Shown here one piece after another: positions 8,091-18,137 of a DNA stretch of 64,000 bases (positions are counted from its first letter, which is position 1; each line of letters opens with the position of its first letter). The translations under genes and the position numbers were made by a program. Under the pieces are notes generated by a model. That model had not been told where the DNA came from and did not search any database. It saw nothing but the letters and a program-made list of their open reading frames with translations. Source of the DNA: Dehalococcoidia bacterium (GTDB taxonomy: Bacteria > Chloroflexota > Dehalococcoidia > Lucifugimonadales > CAJWER01); the NCBI GenBank assembly GCA_965222445.1, contig CBDCTY010000002.1, positions 255,824 to 319,823 on the forward strand. Reading direction: 5' to 3'.

Positions 8091-10115
8091 ATGACCCCGC
8101 CTGACCATCTCTTCCTGGGCATACCCGCATGGGTAGGCGTCTATGTGTTCTCCGCGGCCGCCTTCCTGTTGTCGGGCTACCTGCTATACGTCAGGGTCTT
8201 CCGGCTGGTGATGCTCGGAAGGCCCGCGGATCGAACGGACCGCATGGCGAAGCGAGTACTGGGCGCGGTCCCGCTCGTGCTGGGCCAGAGCAAGGTGCTC
8301 CAGAGCTTCTCACCGCTGCGGGACCGCGCCGGGCTCGCACACTTCCTGATCTTCTGGGGGTTCCTCTCGTTCACCCTGAGCTACGTGATATTCATCTTCG
8401 GCGACTCTGTGTGGCGGTCGTTTTCGACCACGCTGCTCACCGAGACCGGGGTGCGGATATTCGCCGTCTACCTGGAGGCGCTGGCCGTCGCACTGCTGGT
8501 TGCGGTCGTCTGGGGCGCAGCCCGGCGCTGGGCGGCGACGCCGAGGCGCCTGAGCTTCGACCTGACGCAGAAACCCGAGGCCGCCATCATACTCGTGCTG
8601 ATAGGCGCGCTGATGGTGCTGACCCTCCTGACCGAGGCGTTCCACGCCGCCGCAGGCGGTAGCGGGCCGGGCTCCGCGCCGATGGGGTCGGCGTTGGGCG
8701 ACCTTCTCGCCAGCGCCGGCATCGGCGAGGACGCCGCAACGGTGCTGCACTCCCTGTCGTGGTGGGCGCACCTCGGGCTCATCCTGGGCTTCGCCGTCTA
8801 CATCCCCATGTCCAAGCACGTGCACCTCATCGGCGCGCCCCTCTCCTTCCTGTTTCGTGACCTCGAGGCGAGCGGGGCGCTTTCGACCCCGGACGACCTG
8901 GAGACGGCTGAGACGTTCGGGGCGGCCCGCGCGGCCGACTTCACCTGGAAGGAGCTGCTGGACGGCTACGCCTGCGCTGTCTGCGGCCGGTGCACCGACA
9001 TCTGTCCGGCAAACATCACCGGCAAGACCCTGTCGCCCATGCACATCGCCGAGGGCCTGAAGGACCACCTGCAGACCGCGGGAAACGACGCCGACGCGAC
9101 TCCGGTTATTGGAGATCAGGTGGGCGAGGAGGCCCTATGGGACTGCCTCACGTGCGGCGCGTGCGAGCAGGTGTGTCCCGTGGGCGTCGAGCACATCGAC
9201 ATGATCGTCGATATGCGCCGCAACCTCGTGATGGAGCAGGCCAGCATGCCGGAGACGGCGGCATCGGCGCTGATGAGCATGGAGCAGAGGGGGCACCCGT
9301 GGCGCGGCACCCAGCACACCCGCACCGACTGGGCGGACGGGCTGGGAGTCAGGACGCTTGCCGAGCACCCGGACGCCGAGGTGCTGTTCTGGGTGGGCTG
9401 CACCGCGGCCCTGGAGCAGCGAAGCCGGGGGATAGCCCGCGCCATGGCATCGGTCCTGAAGCGGGCGGGCGTCGACTTCGCCATCCTCGGCGCGGAGGAG
9501 GGCTGCACCGGCGACCCGGCCCGCCGCATGGGCAACGAGTACCTCTACCAGATCATGGCCCAGCAGAACATCGAGACCCTGGACCGCTACAACGTCAAGA
9601 AGGTAGTGACGGTCTGCCCTCACTGCTTCAACACCATCAAGAACGAGTACCCGCACCTGGGCGGCAGCTACGAGGTGATGCACTACAGCGAGCTCGCCGC
9701 CGAGCTGATAACCCAGGGCAGGATCAAGCCCGTAGTGACAATCGACACGTCGATGGCGTACCACGACTCGTGCTATCTGGGCCGCCACAACGGGGTGTAC
9801 GACGCCCCGCGCGAGGTTGCCGCTGCCATACCGGGGCTCAGGCTGGTGGAGATGGAGCGGCGGCGGGAGCGCGGCTTCTGCTGCGGCGCGGGCGGCGGCC
9901 ACATGTGGATGGAGGAGAGCCGCGGACGCCGCGTCAACCACGTCCGCACCGAGCAGGTCCTGGAGACCGGCGCAGACACGGTGGGGGTCTCGTGCCCATT
10001 CTGCCTACAGATGTTCGTCGAGGGAACCGGCTCAGTCGAAGGAGCCGAAGGCCTGCAGGCCCGCGACCTTATCGAGCTCCTCGACGAGAGCCTCGGCAAG
10101 GAGCAGCCGCACTAG
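8091..10115 (+). CDS. Membrane-anchored (Fe-S)-binding oxidoreductase, HdrD/GlpC-like with CCG domains
   Basis: N-terminal multi-TM domain. Two 4Fe-4S motifs (CAVCGRCTDICP, CLTCGACEQVCP). Cys-rich CCG-type motifs (CPHCFNT, CCGAGGGHMW, CPFC). Confidence 0.8.
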   Translation: MTPPDHLFLGIPAWVGVYVFSAAAFLLSGYLLYVRVFRLVMLGRPADRTDRMAKRVLGAVPLVLGQSKVLQSFSPLRDRAGLAHFLIFWGFLSFTLSYVIFIFGDSVWRSFSTTLLTETGVRIFAVYLEALAVALLVAVVWGAARRWAATPRRLSFDLTQKPEAAIILVLIGALMVLTLLTEAFHAAAGGSGPGSAPMGSALGDLLASAGIGEDAATVLHSLSWWAHLGLILGFAVYIPMSKHVHLIGAPLSFLFRDLEASGALSTPDDLETAETFGAARAADFTWKELLDGYACAVCGRCTDICPANITGKTLSPMHIAEGLKDHLQTAGNDADATPVIGDQVGEEALWDCLTCGACEQVCPVGVEHIDMIVDMRRNLVMEQASMPETAASALMSMEQRGHPWRGTQHTRTDWADGLGVRTLAEHPDAEVLFWVGCTAALEQRSRGIARAMASVLKRAGVDFAILGAEEGCTGDPARRMGNEYLYQIMAQQNIETLDRYNVKKVVTVCPHCFNTIKNEYPHLGGSYEVMHYSELAAELITQGRIKPVVTIDTSMAYHDSCYLGRHNGVYDAPREVAAAIPGLRLVEMERRRERGFCCGAGGGHMWMEESRGRRVNHVRTEQVLETGADTVGVSCPFCLQMFVEGTGSVEGAEGLQARDLIELLDESLGKEQPH

Positions 10116-10266
10116 CAGCCTCGCTCAGTCCGGGGCCGCAGATTTGGCTGAAATCGAGCTTAGTCGCTCCCGTACGAGGGAGTCCAACTTCGGCCACATT
10201 GCACAGGCCGGCGGTATGGTGGTAGGGTGGACATGACCATCGTCCTTCTACCCTCCAGGAGAACCG

Positions 10267-10524
10267 GTGAGCCTCAACATCAAGAACAAAGAGACCTGTA
10301 AGCTGGCCGGTGAGTTGGCGCAGCTTACAGGCGAGACCATGACCGGAGCAATCACGGTCGCGCTCAAGGAGCGCCTGGAGCGCGAGAGGCGTCAGCGCGG
10401 CTCCATCGCCCGTCTCCAGAGGATGCGCGCCATCTCTGACCGATGCGCCGTGCTGCTGCGCGAGGTAGGGCCGCCGGTGGATCACGGCGACCTGCTCTAC
10501 GACGAATGGGGATTGCCCAAGTGA
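10267..10524 (+). CDS. vapB: VapB-type antitoxin
   Basis: 85-aa GTG-start ORF (MSLNIKNKETCKLAGELAQLTGETMTGAITVALKERLERER). Its stop overlaps the GTG of the downstream PIN gene (GTGA). Confidence 0.7.
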   Translation: MSLNIKNKETCKLAGELAQLTGETMTGAITVALKERLERERRQRGSIARLQRMRAISDRCAVLLREVGPPVDHGDLLYDEWGLPK

Positions 10525-10958
10525 TCGTCGACACTTCGGCGATCATGACAATCCTGTTCGGAGAGGACGGAGCAGAGCGGTACGACGAGGCGATAGCGCA
10601 GGCGACCAGTTGCCGCATGTCGGCGGTCAACTTCCTGGAGGCGGCCATCGTCCTTGAGAGCCGCAGCGGAGCCGCGGCAGGGCACGAGCTCGACGCCTTC
10701 CTGGAAGAAGCGGGCATCGAGCTGGAACTGGTCACTCCCGAGCAGGCACAGGCCGCGCGACAGGCATGGCGGCGATTCGGCAAGGGGAACCACCCGGCAG
10801 GTCTGAACTTCGGGGACTGCTTCGCCTACGCCTTGGCGAAGACCACCCAGGAGCCCCTCCTGTTCAAGGGACGTGACTTCGCGCTCACTGATGTTGAAGT
10901 CGCGTTACGTTCCAACCAGCAGGGAAGGGACTCCGACGGACGCTATGGCAAGCAATAA
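10521..10958 (+). CDS. vapC: VapC-type PIN-domain toxin
   Basis: VIVDTSAIMTILFGEDG...GNHPAGLNFGDCFAYALAK has the PIN acidic residues. The start is taken as the GTG at 10521 overlapping the vapB stop. Confidence 0.8.
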   Translation: MIVDTSAIMTILFGEDGAERYDEAIAQATSCRMSAVNFLEAAIVLESRSGAAAGHELDAFLEEAGIELELVTPEQAQAARQAWRRFGKGNHPAGLNFGDCFAYALAKTTQEPLLFKGRDFALTDVEVALRSNQQGRDSDGRYGKQ

Positions 10959-10981
10959 CCAAGCACAAGGAGGTCGCCGTC

Positions 10982-12076
10982 ATGGCTGAGAAGCTGCGGG
11001 TAGGGTTGATCGGAGCGAATGTCGACTATGGGTGGTCGCCCCGGGCGCACATCCCGGCGCTCCTGGCGCTGCCCGACGTCGAGCTTGCCGCGGTATGCAC
11101 CGCCCACCCCGAGACGGCCCGGGAGTCGGCGGAGTTGTTCGGCGTGCCCATGGCGTTCAGCGACCACATGGAGATGCTGGAGCGCGGCGACCTCGACGCC
11201 ATCGGCGTATCGGTACGCGTGCCCAAGCACCACGCCCTCACTATGGACGTGCTGCGGGCCGGCAAGCACGTCTACACCGAGTGGCCCCTCGGAGCGGACC
11301 TGGCCGAGGCCGAGGAGATGGCCGACCTGGCACGGCAACAGGGCGTGCTCACCATGGTCGGACTGCAGGGCCGGTGCGCTCCCGAGTTCCTGCGGCTGCG
11401 CGAGCTCGTCGACGAGGGCTACGTCAGCGAGGTCCTCGCCGTTAACATGACCTCGTTCGTGCCCGGCGTGCTGAGCCGCACTTCAGACCGCACGTGGCAG
11501 AAGGACGTCGAGCTAGGCGCGAACACGCTGACCATCGCGTTCGGCCACGTCGTCGACGCCCTGTGCATGTGCCTGGGGGAGTTCGCGGAGGTGTCGGCCT
11601 CCGTCGGCACGCAGGTGCCCCAGTGGCTCGACAGCGATACCGGCGAGATGGTCGACGTCACGTCGCCCGACAACATCCTGGTCACGGGAAGGCTGGAGAG
11701 CGGCGCGCTCGCCTCGGCCCACGTGAGCGCCATACCGTGGCACAGCACAGGGTACCGTCTCGTCGTGTACGGCCGCGAGGGCACGCTGGTCTTGGAGCGG
11801 GACGACTACCCTCACCTGGGGACGATGCGCCTCAGCGGCGGCAGGGGGACGGACGCGGCGCCGGCCGAGCTTCCCATACCGGCGCGCCTGACGCAGGTCC
11901 CGGACACGGTGCCCCAGGGCCCTCCGTTCAACGTCGCGCAGATGTGGCACAGGTTCGCGGAGGGCATCAGGTCAGAAACGCCCGTCGAGCCCGACTTCGA
12001 CACCGCAGTCACCCGCCACCGCCTGCTGGAAGCCGTCCAACGGTCCTCGGACACGGGCCAGAAGCAGCGGCTGTAG
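10982..12076 (+). CDS. Gfo/Idh/MocA family oxidoreductase
   Basis: N-terminal Rossmann fold (RVGLIGANVDYGW...) and EWPL motif region (KHVYTEWPLG). Confidence 0.8.
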   Translation: MAEKLRVGLIGANVDYGWSPRAHIPALLALPDVELAAVCTAHPETARESAELFGVPMAFSDHMEMLERGDLDAIGVSVRVPKHHALTMDVLRAGKHVYTEWPLGADLAEAEEMADLARQQGVLTMVGLQGRCAPEFLRLRELVDEGYVSEVLAVNMTSFVPGVLSRTSDRTWQKDVELGANTLTIAFGHVVDALCMCLGEFAEVSASVGTQVPQWLDSDTGEMVDVTSPDNILVTGRLESGALASAHVSAIPWHSTGYRLVVYGREGTLVLERDDYPHLGTMRLSGGRGTDAAPAELPIPARLTQVPDTVPQGPPFNVAQMWHRFAEGIRSETPVEPDFDTAVTRHRLLEAVQRSSDTGQKQRL

Positions 12077-12082
12077 CTCTCG

Positions 12083-12484
12083 CTACTGATCAGGCGGGGT
12101 GATTATCTCGCATCTGGGGCCGCTGGCACGCCCGAGCCTCCGGTCCAGCGTTGCCAGTGGATAATCAAATGCCTCGGCCATTGACACGTACCAAGCGTCG
12201 TAGCTGGTTAGGTTGCTCCGCAACTCCCATATCCTGTCGGCAAATGGGGCAAATGGAAACAGGCCTAGGTCCAGCCGTAAGAGGCTCTCGTGCGCGCCCG
12301 TAGCCTCCTGCCGCGACAGGTCGCCTGTCAACTCCAGCCGTCGCAGGATATTGCTGGCTTCGGCCAGTGCCAGCTCCGGGCCAATCATTGGCCCGTCCGC
12401 CACTACAGATTCTGCCCAAGCGCCTTCAGGACCCGTGTCGACCAAGGCCGAGACCAGTACCGACGAGTCGACTACCGTCGTCAA
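12083..12484 (-). CDS. vapC: PIN-domain toxin (VapC-like)
   Basis: MTTVVDSSVLVSALVD...SYDAWYVSMAEAFDYPLATLD. Overlaps the upstream antitoxin ORF by 4 nt. Confidence 0.75.
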   Translation of the reverse strand: MTTVVDSSVLVSALVDTGPEGAWAESVVADGPMIGPELALAEASNILRRLELTGDLSRQEATGAHESLLRLDLGLFPFAPFADRIWELRSNLTSYDAWYVSMAEAFDYPLATLDRRLGRASGPRCEIITPPDQ

Positions 12485-12717
12485 ACCCGGTCCGCGTCAC
12501 GCGCTCCCAGGATGGCCGAGGGCGGGATAGGGGTTCCCGTCACTTCCTTGCGGGAGCGGACTTCCCTCAGCCACGCGCCCACGGAGGGGCGGGAAGCTAT
12601 GCGCTCCAGCTCACCCCGCAGATACTCCTGCATCGATTGGCGCTCGAGTGCGGCGCGCAAGGCCAACTCGTCGCGGACTTCCTCTGGTACGTTTCTTATC
12701 GTGATCTGGACAGTCAT
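12481..12717 (-). CDS. Ribbon-helix-helix antitoxin (FitA/VapB-like)
   Basis: 78 aa, MTVQITIRNVPEEVRDELALRAALERQSMQEYLRGEL (Arc/MetJ-type RHH). Translationally coupled to the PIN gene. Confidence 0.7.
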   Translation of the reverse strand: MTVQITIRNVPEEVRDELALRAALERQSMQEYLRGELERIASRPSVGAWLREVRSRKEVTGTPIPPSAILGARDADRV

Positions 12718-12816
12718 GCAAGCATTATGACATCAATGACAGCGTTCTGCAAGCGCACTTGCCGATCCAGCCCAGCCTCGGTCAGTCGGCCTCTTTGATT
12801 CCAGCCGCGATGCTCG

Positions 12817-13947
12817 CTAGACGACCAGCCCTGCGTCGAGTGAGTTGATCGGCGGCAGGTGGTCGATCATCAGCTCCCACGAGTCGCCGGCGTCGCGGCT
12901 GTAGAATACCTGGCCCGTCGTCGTGCCGACGTAGACGCCGCAGTCGTCGAGCGAGTCGGTCGCCATGCCCTCCCTAAGCACATGGAGGTATGCATTGCGC
13001 TGGGGCAGGCCTCTCGTCAGCGGCTCCCAGTCGTCCCCGGCATTGCGGCTCCGGTAGACCCTGAATCTTGCGTCTGTGACGTAGCGGACGCCACCGCCCA
13101 CCTCGCTGCCCAAGGCCTTGTCCTCAGGCACCACGTACACCGTGTCGGGGTCCCTGGAGTGGGTTCCCATGACCAGGCCGAACCGGGACGGCAACCCGCC
13201 GCTCAGGTCCAGCCACTGGCGCCCGCCGTCGTCGCTGCGGTAGAACCCGCAGTGGTTCTGCTGGTACAGGCGGCCGGGCCTCGAGGGGTGCGACAGCATC
13301 TTGTGCGGGCACTGGCCGAACTCCGGGAAGGGGTCGGGCATGAAGTCGGCCCGCACCCCGGCATTCATCGTCGACCAGCTTGCCCCACCGTCTTCGGTCC
13401 CGAATACCCCCACCGCCGATATCCCCACCCACATCCGGCCGTTGTCGGCAGGGTCGAGCACCATGCTGTGCAGGCACATGCCGCCAAAGCCCCCCTCCCA
13501 CATGGCACGGGTCGGGTGCTCGGAGAGAGGGACGACCTCGGCCCACGTCTCGCCGCCGTCGGAGCTCTTGAACAGCGCCGCGGGAGAGACTCCCGCATAG
13601 ACGACCCCGGGCTGGCTGGGCCTGCCGGGCTCGATGTGCCACACCTGCTCTACGGAGTCGTTCCGCTCCCAGGGGAACGCCGGGTTTACCCGCGACTTCT
13701 GCCAGGTTACACCCAAGTCCTCGCTCCGCTGCACCTCCGGTCCCCAGATCGGGCTGTTGATCGCGGCGAAGATCGTCCCATCCTCGCGGTCGTCATAGGC
13801 GAGGTGGAACACGTCGCTGCCGGCGTGGTGCGGCCCGGACAGAGACCAACTCTTACGCGCTGCATCCGCCGTGAGGAAGAACGCGCCCTTTCGAGTTCCA
13901 ACTATCAGGAGCACGTCTCCCCTGTTGGCCTCGGTGTTGGGAGGCAT
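12817..13947 (-). CDS. BNR/Asp-box repeat beta-propeller protein (sialidase/GH74-like fold)
   Basis: Six Asp-box-like motifs (SEDLGVTW, SSDGGETW, TEDGGASW, SDDGGRQW, SRNAGDDW, SRDAGDSW). Confidence 0.7.
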   Translation of the reverse strand: MPPNTEANRGDVLLIVGTRKGAFFLTADAARKSWSLSGPHHAGSDVFHLAYDDREDGTIFAAINSPIWGPEVQRSEDLGVTWQKSRVNPAFPWERNDSVEQVWHIEPGRPSQPGVVYAGVSPAALFKSSDGGETWAEVVPLSEHPTRAMWEGGFGGMCLHSMVLDPADNGRMWVGISAVGVFGTEDGGASWSTMNAGVRADFMPDPFPEFGQCPHKMLSHPSRPGRLYQQNHCGFYRSDDGGRQWLDLSGGLPSRFGLVMGTHSRDPDTVYVVPEDKALGSEVGGGVRYVTDARFRVYRSRNAGDDWEPLTRGLPQRNAYLHVLREGMATDSLDDCGVYVGTTTGQVFYSRDAGDSWELMIDHLPPINSLDAGLVV

Positions 13948-14016
13948 GTCGCCAGGTCCTTTCGCCTCGATGAATGCTCTTCAGAGAGTACGGGCCGGCA
14001 GCCGACGGCGAAAAAG

Positions 14017-14859
14017 CTACAGATCCATGCGCGTCAGGGCCTCGAACACCTCTTCGGGAGGGCGCTTGCCGAGCTTGCGCCGGTACTCGCTCACGGGCAG
14101 GTACTCGTACACCTCCGGGTTGTGCGCCACGAAGGACTCCGCGTACGACACCCGCAGGTGGGTGGCCGCGCCGGTGCCGTCCATCCCCACGCTCATCTTC
14201 CTCTGGAGCGGGCTGTCCTCGCCGTAGTGCTGCGACGTGAACTTGTTCATCGCCGCCGACTTCTTGCCGATCGTGTCCGTGATGTCGATCACCGTCGTCG
14301 GGACCCTGATGCTCAGGTTCTCCAGCACGTTGGTGCGACCCAGGTGCGTGTGGTAGAAGATCTGGGCCGCCTCCCCGCCCGTGTCTCCTCCCGTGGGCGC
14401 GTACGGCTTGCCGGGCCGTATCCCCGACGCCAGGTCTATGGCCAGCAGCGTCATCTGCGTCGTCACCGCGTGCACGGGCACCGTGTCGTAAGGCCAGTGG
14501 GTCACGATGACGTTGGGGCGGAGCTCGCCGATGACGTCGGCGATGTCATTGATCACGTCCTCACGCGGAAGCACTATGTCGTCGTTGTAGCCGAGGAATC
14601 GCACGTCCGTGACTCCCAGCTCCGCGGCCGCGGCCACCAGCTCTTGCCGCCGCTCATCCACGAGCCCGCTCATGTCGGGCATCTCGCCGCTGTCCCGGTA
14701 GTCGTCGATGGCGGCCAGGTGGTGCGACAGGCCCGTCGTGGGCACCAGGATGCAGACCCTGTCGCCCCTGGCCGTGTGCTTGGCCATGGTGCCGCCCGCA
14801 TAGATGATCGCGTCCTTCGGATGTCCCCCGAGGTTCAGGATAGTCAGCGGCTCAGCCAT
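14017..14859 (-). CDS. PIG-L/LmbE family deacetylase
   Basis: ILNLGGHPKDAIIYAGGTMAKHTARGDRVCILVPT at the N-terminus resembles the PIG-L fold signature. Confidence 0.65.
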   Translation of the reverse strand: MAEPLTILNLGGHPKDAIIYAGGTMAKHTARGDRVCILVPTTGLSHHLAAIDDYRDSGEMPDMSGLVDERRQELVAAAAELGVTDVRFLGYNDDIVLPREDVINDIADVIGELRPNVIVTHWPYDTVPVHAVTTQMTLLAIDLASGIRPGKPYAPTGGDTGGEAAQIFYHTHLGRTNVLENLSIRVPTTVIDITDTIGKKSAAMNKFTSQHYGEDSPLQRKMSVGMDGTGAATHLRVSYAESFVAHNPEVYEYLPVSEYRRKLGKRPPEEVFEALTRMDL

Positions 14860-14991
14860 TTCTTTTTCCTCCCTGGGTCAGCGTGCTGCGTAGTATATGC
14901 GCTTGCCGCCCACCTGTCAGTGCGTACGATTGCCCGCGACGCCAACCCCAACCTATAATCCGCCGCGAGTAGCGGTGCTAGGAGGCCAATC

Positions 14992-15975
14992 ATGCGGGCA
15001 GGATTCGGGCAGTTCAACCAGCCGTCCCAGGAGTATCTCCGATTTTGCGCCCAGTTCGGCGCGACCGACGTACTGCTGAACAGCGCCAACCTGCCGGGCA
15101 CGGGCGGGCGGTGGCAGCTGCACGATCTCGTGAAGCTGCGCCTTACCGTCGAGCAGTACGGACTTTCCCTATCCGCGCTTGAGAACGTGCCAGTGTCGTT
15201 CTACGACCACATCATGCTGGGCGGCCCCAGGCGCGACGAGCAGATCGAGAACATGATCGCCACAGTGCGCAACATCGCCCGCGCAGGCATTCCCATATTC
15301 GGCTACCACTGGATGCCGTCGATGGTGTGGCGCACGACGCCGGCCCACATCCGCTGCGGGGCCGTCGCCACTGCCTTCGACTACGACGAGGCCCGGGAGA
15401 TGCCCCTCACCCACGACCGTGAGTACACGGAAGAGGAGGTGTGGGAGAACCTGGAGCTCTGGATAAGGACCATCACCCCCATCGCCGAGGAGGAGGGCAT
15501 ACGCCTCGGCATACACCCCTGCGACCCGCCGGTCCCCGTCCTGGGCGGAATTCCGCAGCTCCTCCGCAGCTTCGACGCATACAAGCGGCTCGTCGAGATA
15601 TACCCGTCCGACTCCAACGGCATCGAGTTCTGCCAGGGCACGTTCTCCGAGATGGAGGGCGAGGACATCTACGAGATGATCCGGCACTTCGGCGAGCGGC
15701 AGAAGATACTCTACGTCCACTTCCGAAACGTTTCGGGGCAGGCGCCGAAGTTCCACGAGGAGTTCATCAACACCGGCTACGTGGACATGCACAGGGCCAT
15801 GACCATATACCACGAGGTCGGCTTCGACGGCTTCTTCATCGACGACCACGTGCCCCAGACCTTCCAGGACACCGAGTGGGGCCACCGCGGCCGGGCCTTC
15901 GCCAACGGGTACATCCAGGCCATGATCGAGGCCGTCACCAAAGGCGGCCGGATAGAAGCGGGCCGCACTCAATAA
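14992..15975 (+). CDS. Mannonate dehydratase (UxuA)-like TIM-barrel protein
   Basis: UxuA-like blocks (LRFCAQFGATDV, ENVPVSFYDHIMLGGP.RDEQIEN, FGYHWMP, YVHFRNV). Confidence 0.7.
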   Translation: MRAGFGQFNQPSQEYLRFCAQFGATDVLLNSANLPGTGGRWQLHDLVKLRLTVEQYGLSLSALENVPVSFYDHIMLGGPRRDEQIENMIATVRNIARAGIPIFGYHWMPSMVWRTTPAHIRCGAVATAFDYDEAREMPLTHDREYTEEEVWENLELWIRTITPIAEEEGIRLGIHPCDPPVPVLGGIPQLLRSFDAYKRLVEIYPSDSNGIEFCQGTFSEMEGEDIYEMIRHFGERQKILYVHFRNVSGQAPKFHEEFINTGYVDMHRAMTIYHEVGFDGFFIDDHVPQTFQDTEWGHRGRAFANGYIQAMIEAVTKGGRIEAGRTQ

Positions 15976-16125
15976 ACTCCGCCAGCCGGGTCGACGACCC
16001 GCACGACCCTTGGATCGATGGCCAGGGCCTCCCGCGCCTGCAGCATGGCCCACAGCGCCTTGCCGGGCGAGCCGCAGCCCCGGACCTCCACTATGGCGAC
16101 GAGCCGTTGGCCCAGATCGCCCGCG

Positions 16126-17560
16126 TCGGGCGCACCCAATGGGTGAAAGCACCAATCCCCGCGCCACGCTCCGTTTCGACCGACGTGTACGGTTGGAATT
16201 TCGTGGCGCTACCATCACCTCGGACGCTGGGCTGCTGGCCTGCCGCGAGTTGGACGATGCACTGGGACTGACGCAGACGGCGAATGAGTGTCTGCAGGAG
16301 AGTCGGGGCGGTCGTAACGTGCAGCACCGATTGGTGGGCCTTCTCAGGCAGTCGGTGTACAGTCGTCTGGCGGGCTACGAGGATACCAACGACGCTGAAC
16401 GGCTGGCCCAGGACCCGACGATGCGAATCATCGTTGGACGGCGAGACATTGACAGACCGGCCGCCAGCACCAACACCATGAGCCGGTTCGAGACCGAGGT
16501 GCTTACCCAGGACGGCAACGTGGAAGGGTTGGATCGACTGAACGCTGAGTGGGTGGACGGAGCTATGTCCCGCACGCCGCACCGGCGGGTGATCTTGGAC
16601 ATGGACAGTTCGGAGAGTCCGGTACATGGAGAACAGGAGGGATCGTCGTACAACGGTCACTTTGGGAGCATGTGCTATCACCCTTTGTTCGTGTTCAACC
16701 AGTTCGGTGACTGCGAGGGCGCGATGCTGCGTGCGGGGAACGTAGATAGCGCTCACAGGTGGCGTGACGTATTGGATCCGATCCTGTCCCGCTACGGGGC
16801 GACAGGAGTGCGCCGGTACTTTCGCGCCGACGCCGCATTCGCCAAGCCGGACATCTATGAGTACCTGGAGGAGCGGCGAGTCTTCTACGCAATACGGCTG
16901 CCGAGCAACAAAGTGCTGCAATGGGAGATCGCTCCGTTGCTATACGACCTGTGGGGAGGCCGCCGAAACGTCCAGTGATCCGATACGATGACTTCTGGTA
17001 TCGTGCTGAGAGTTGGGACCGCGCTCGGCGGGTGGTGGCCAAGGTGGAGTGGCATAGGGGAGAGCTGTTCCCTCGGGTGGGCTTCATCGTCACGAACATG
17101 ACGGCTGGCCCCGAAGGAGTGGTGCGATTCTACAATGGCAGAGGTACAGCCGAGCAGTGGATCAAGGAAGGCAAGTACGCCCTGAACTGGACTCGGCTGT
17201 CGTGCCATCGGTTCGTGGCCAACCGGGTGAGACTGTCTCTGTTCATTCTGGCGTACAACCTTGGGAACTTCCTTCGCCGGTTATGTCTGCCCAAGGCGGT
17301 CAGGCACTGGTCGCTGCGGAGCGTGCAGGTCAAGCTGATCAAGATGGGAGGCCGTCTGGTGCGGCACTCCCGGCGATTAATCTTTCAGTTGTCCGAAGTG
17401 TCGGTTCCTCGAAGGTTGTTCCAGGGAGTGTTGGATCGTATCGGCCGGTTATCGCCGGCGCCAAGCTGAGGGAGGGTACAACCACGATCTTGCCAAGGGG
17501 GAGAGCGCTCCAGGGAGTCGGCTTGTCTTCAATGCGCTTTCACCCCATTGGCGGGGGCCC
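16126..17560 (+). mobile_element. IS1380-family insertion sequence (compact, ~1.43 kb); boundaries approximate
   Basis: Imperfect inverted repeats GGGCGCACCCAATGGGTGAAAGC (16126-16150) and GCTTTCACCCCATTGGCGGGGGCCC (17536-17560) enclose the transposase. The ATG lies inside the left repeat. Confidence 0.6.
16139..17469 (+). pseudogene. IS1380-family DDE transposase, split by a frameshift near 16940-16947
   Basis: The two track ORFs (16010-16978 and 16921-17469) together read as one IS1380-type protein: ...FRGATITSDAGLL...ILDMDSSESPVHGEQEG..YNGHFG...AIRLPSNKVLQ then RPVGRPPKRP..SWDRARRVVAKVEWH.GELFPRVGFIVTN...YNGRGTAEQWIKEGK. IS1380 transposases are normally a single ORF. Confidence 0.75.
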
Positions 17561-17642
17561 GAAGACGACAAAGATGGACAAGAACCATGGTTCACGGCAA
17601 GAATCGCATCCCTATATTGGATAGACCGGAGATTGACTGGCC

Positions 17643-18137
17643 TTGCAGGACCCGAATATGATGCTACCATCTCGTTTGGGCTGCCCATTGAGCCTGAAGA
17701 CTCCCAATATGGGAAATACCGGTCAAGAGAGTCCGATGTACGTCGAATCGTTGCCGTTTCGGTTCCCGGACACACTCGAAGGCCTTGCGCGTTCGGGAGG
17801 CGTCCTGCGCGCCGAAGCCGACGGCCTCGTACTGGAGTTCCAGACCAAGGACGGTCTGTTCGGCATCATCAAGTCGGGCGTCAAGAAGGTAGCCATACCA
17901 TTCGACCGCATAGACGAGGTGCGCCTGCGGTCGAACCTCTTCAGGACGCAGCTCGAGATCAGGGTGAGCAGCATGGAGTTGGCGGCGGACGTCCCCGGCT
18001 CAGAACACGGCACGATCAGGCTCAAGGTCCCTCGGCGCTACAGGACTGAGGCCAGGGAGATGGCGCTGGAGGCGTCCGACAGGGTATCGCAATGCAAGCT
18101 CGACAGGCTTGAACGAGACATAGAGGGCGCAGAATGA
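17643..18137 (+). CDS. Hypothetical protein (start uncertain; ATG at 17736 plausible)
   Basis: 164-aa ORF with no recognisable motif. Protein-like composition from MYVESLPFRFPDTLEGL onward. Confidence 0.4.
   Translation: MQDPNMMLPSRLGCPLSLKTPNMGNTGQESPMYVESLPFRFPDTLEGLARSGGVLRAEADGLVLEFQTKDGLFGIIKSGVKKVAIPFDRIDEVRLRSNLFRTQLEIRVSSMELAADVPGSEHGTIRLKVPRRYRTEAREMALEASDRVSQCKLDRLERDIEGAE

Noticed and set aside
12859-14958. Very long ORFs antisense to recognisable genes. Examples: 12859-14958 (+), 20020-22260 (+), 26625-27704 (-), 29337-30455 (-), 31232-32356 (-), 41752-43146 (-), 43589-44830 (-), 57939-59603 (-), 15169-16218 (-), 50279-51031 (-).
   Set aside because: Typical high-GC artefacts. 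Their translations are Arg/Gly/Pro/Ala-rich with no motifs, and in each case the opposite strand encodes a protein with clear family signatures.
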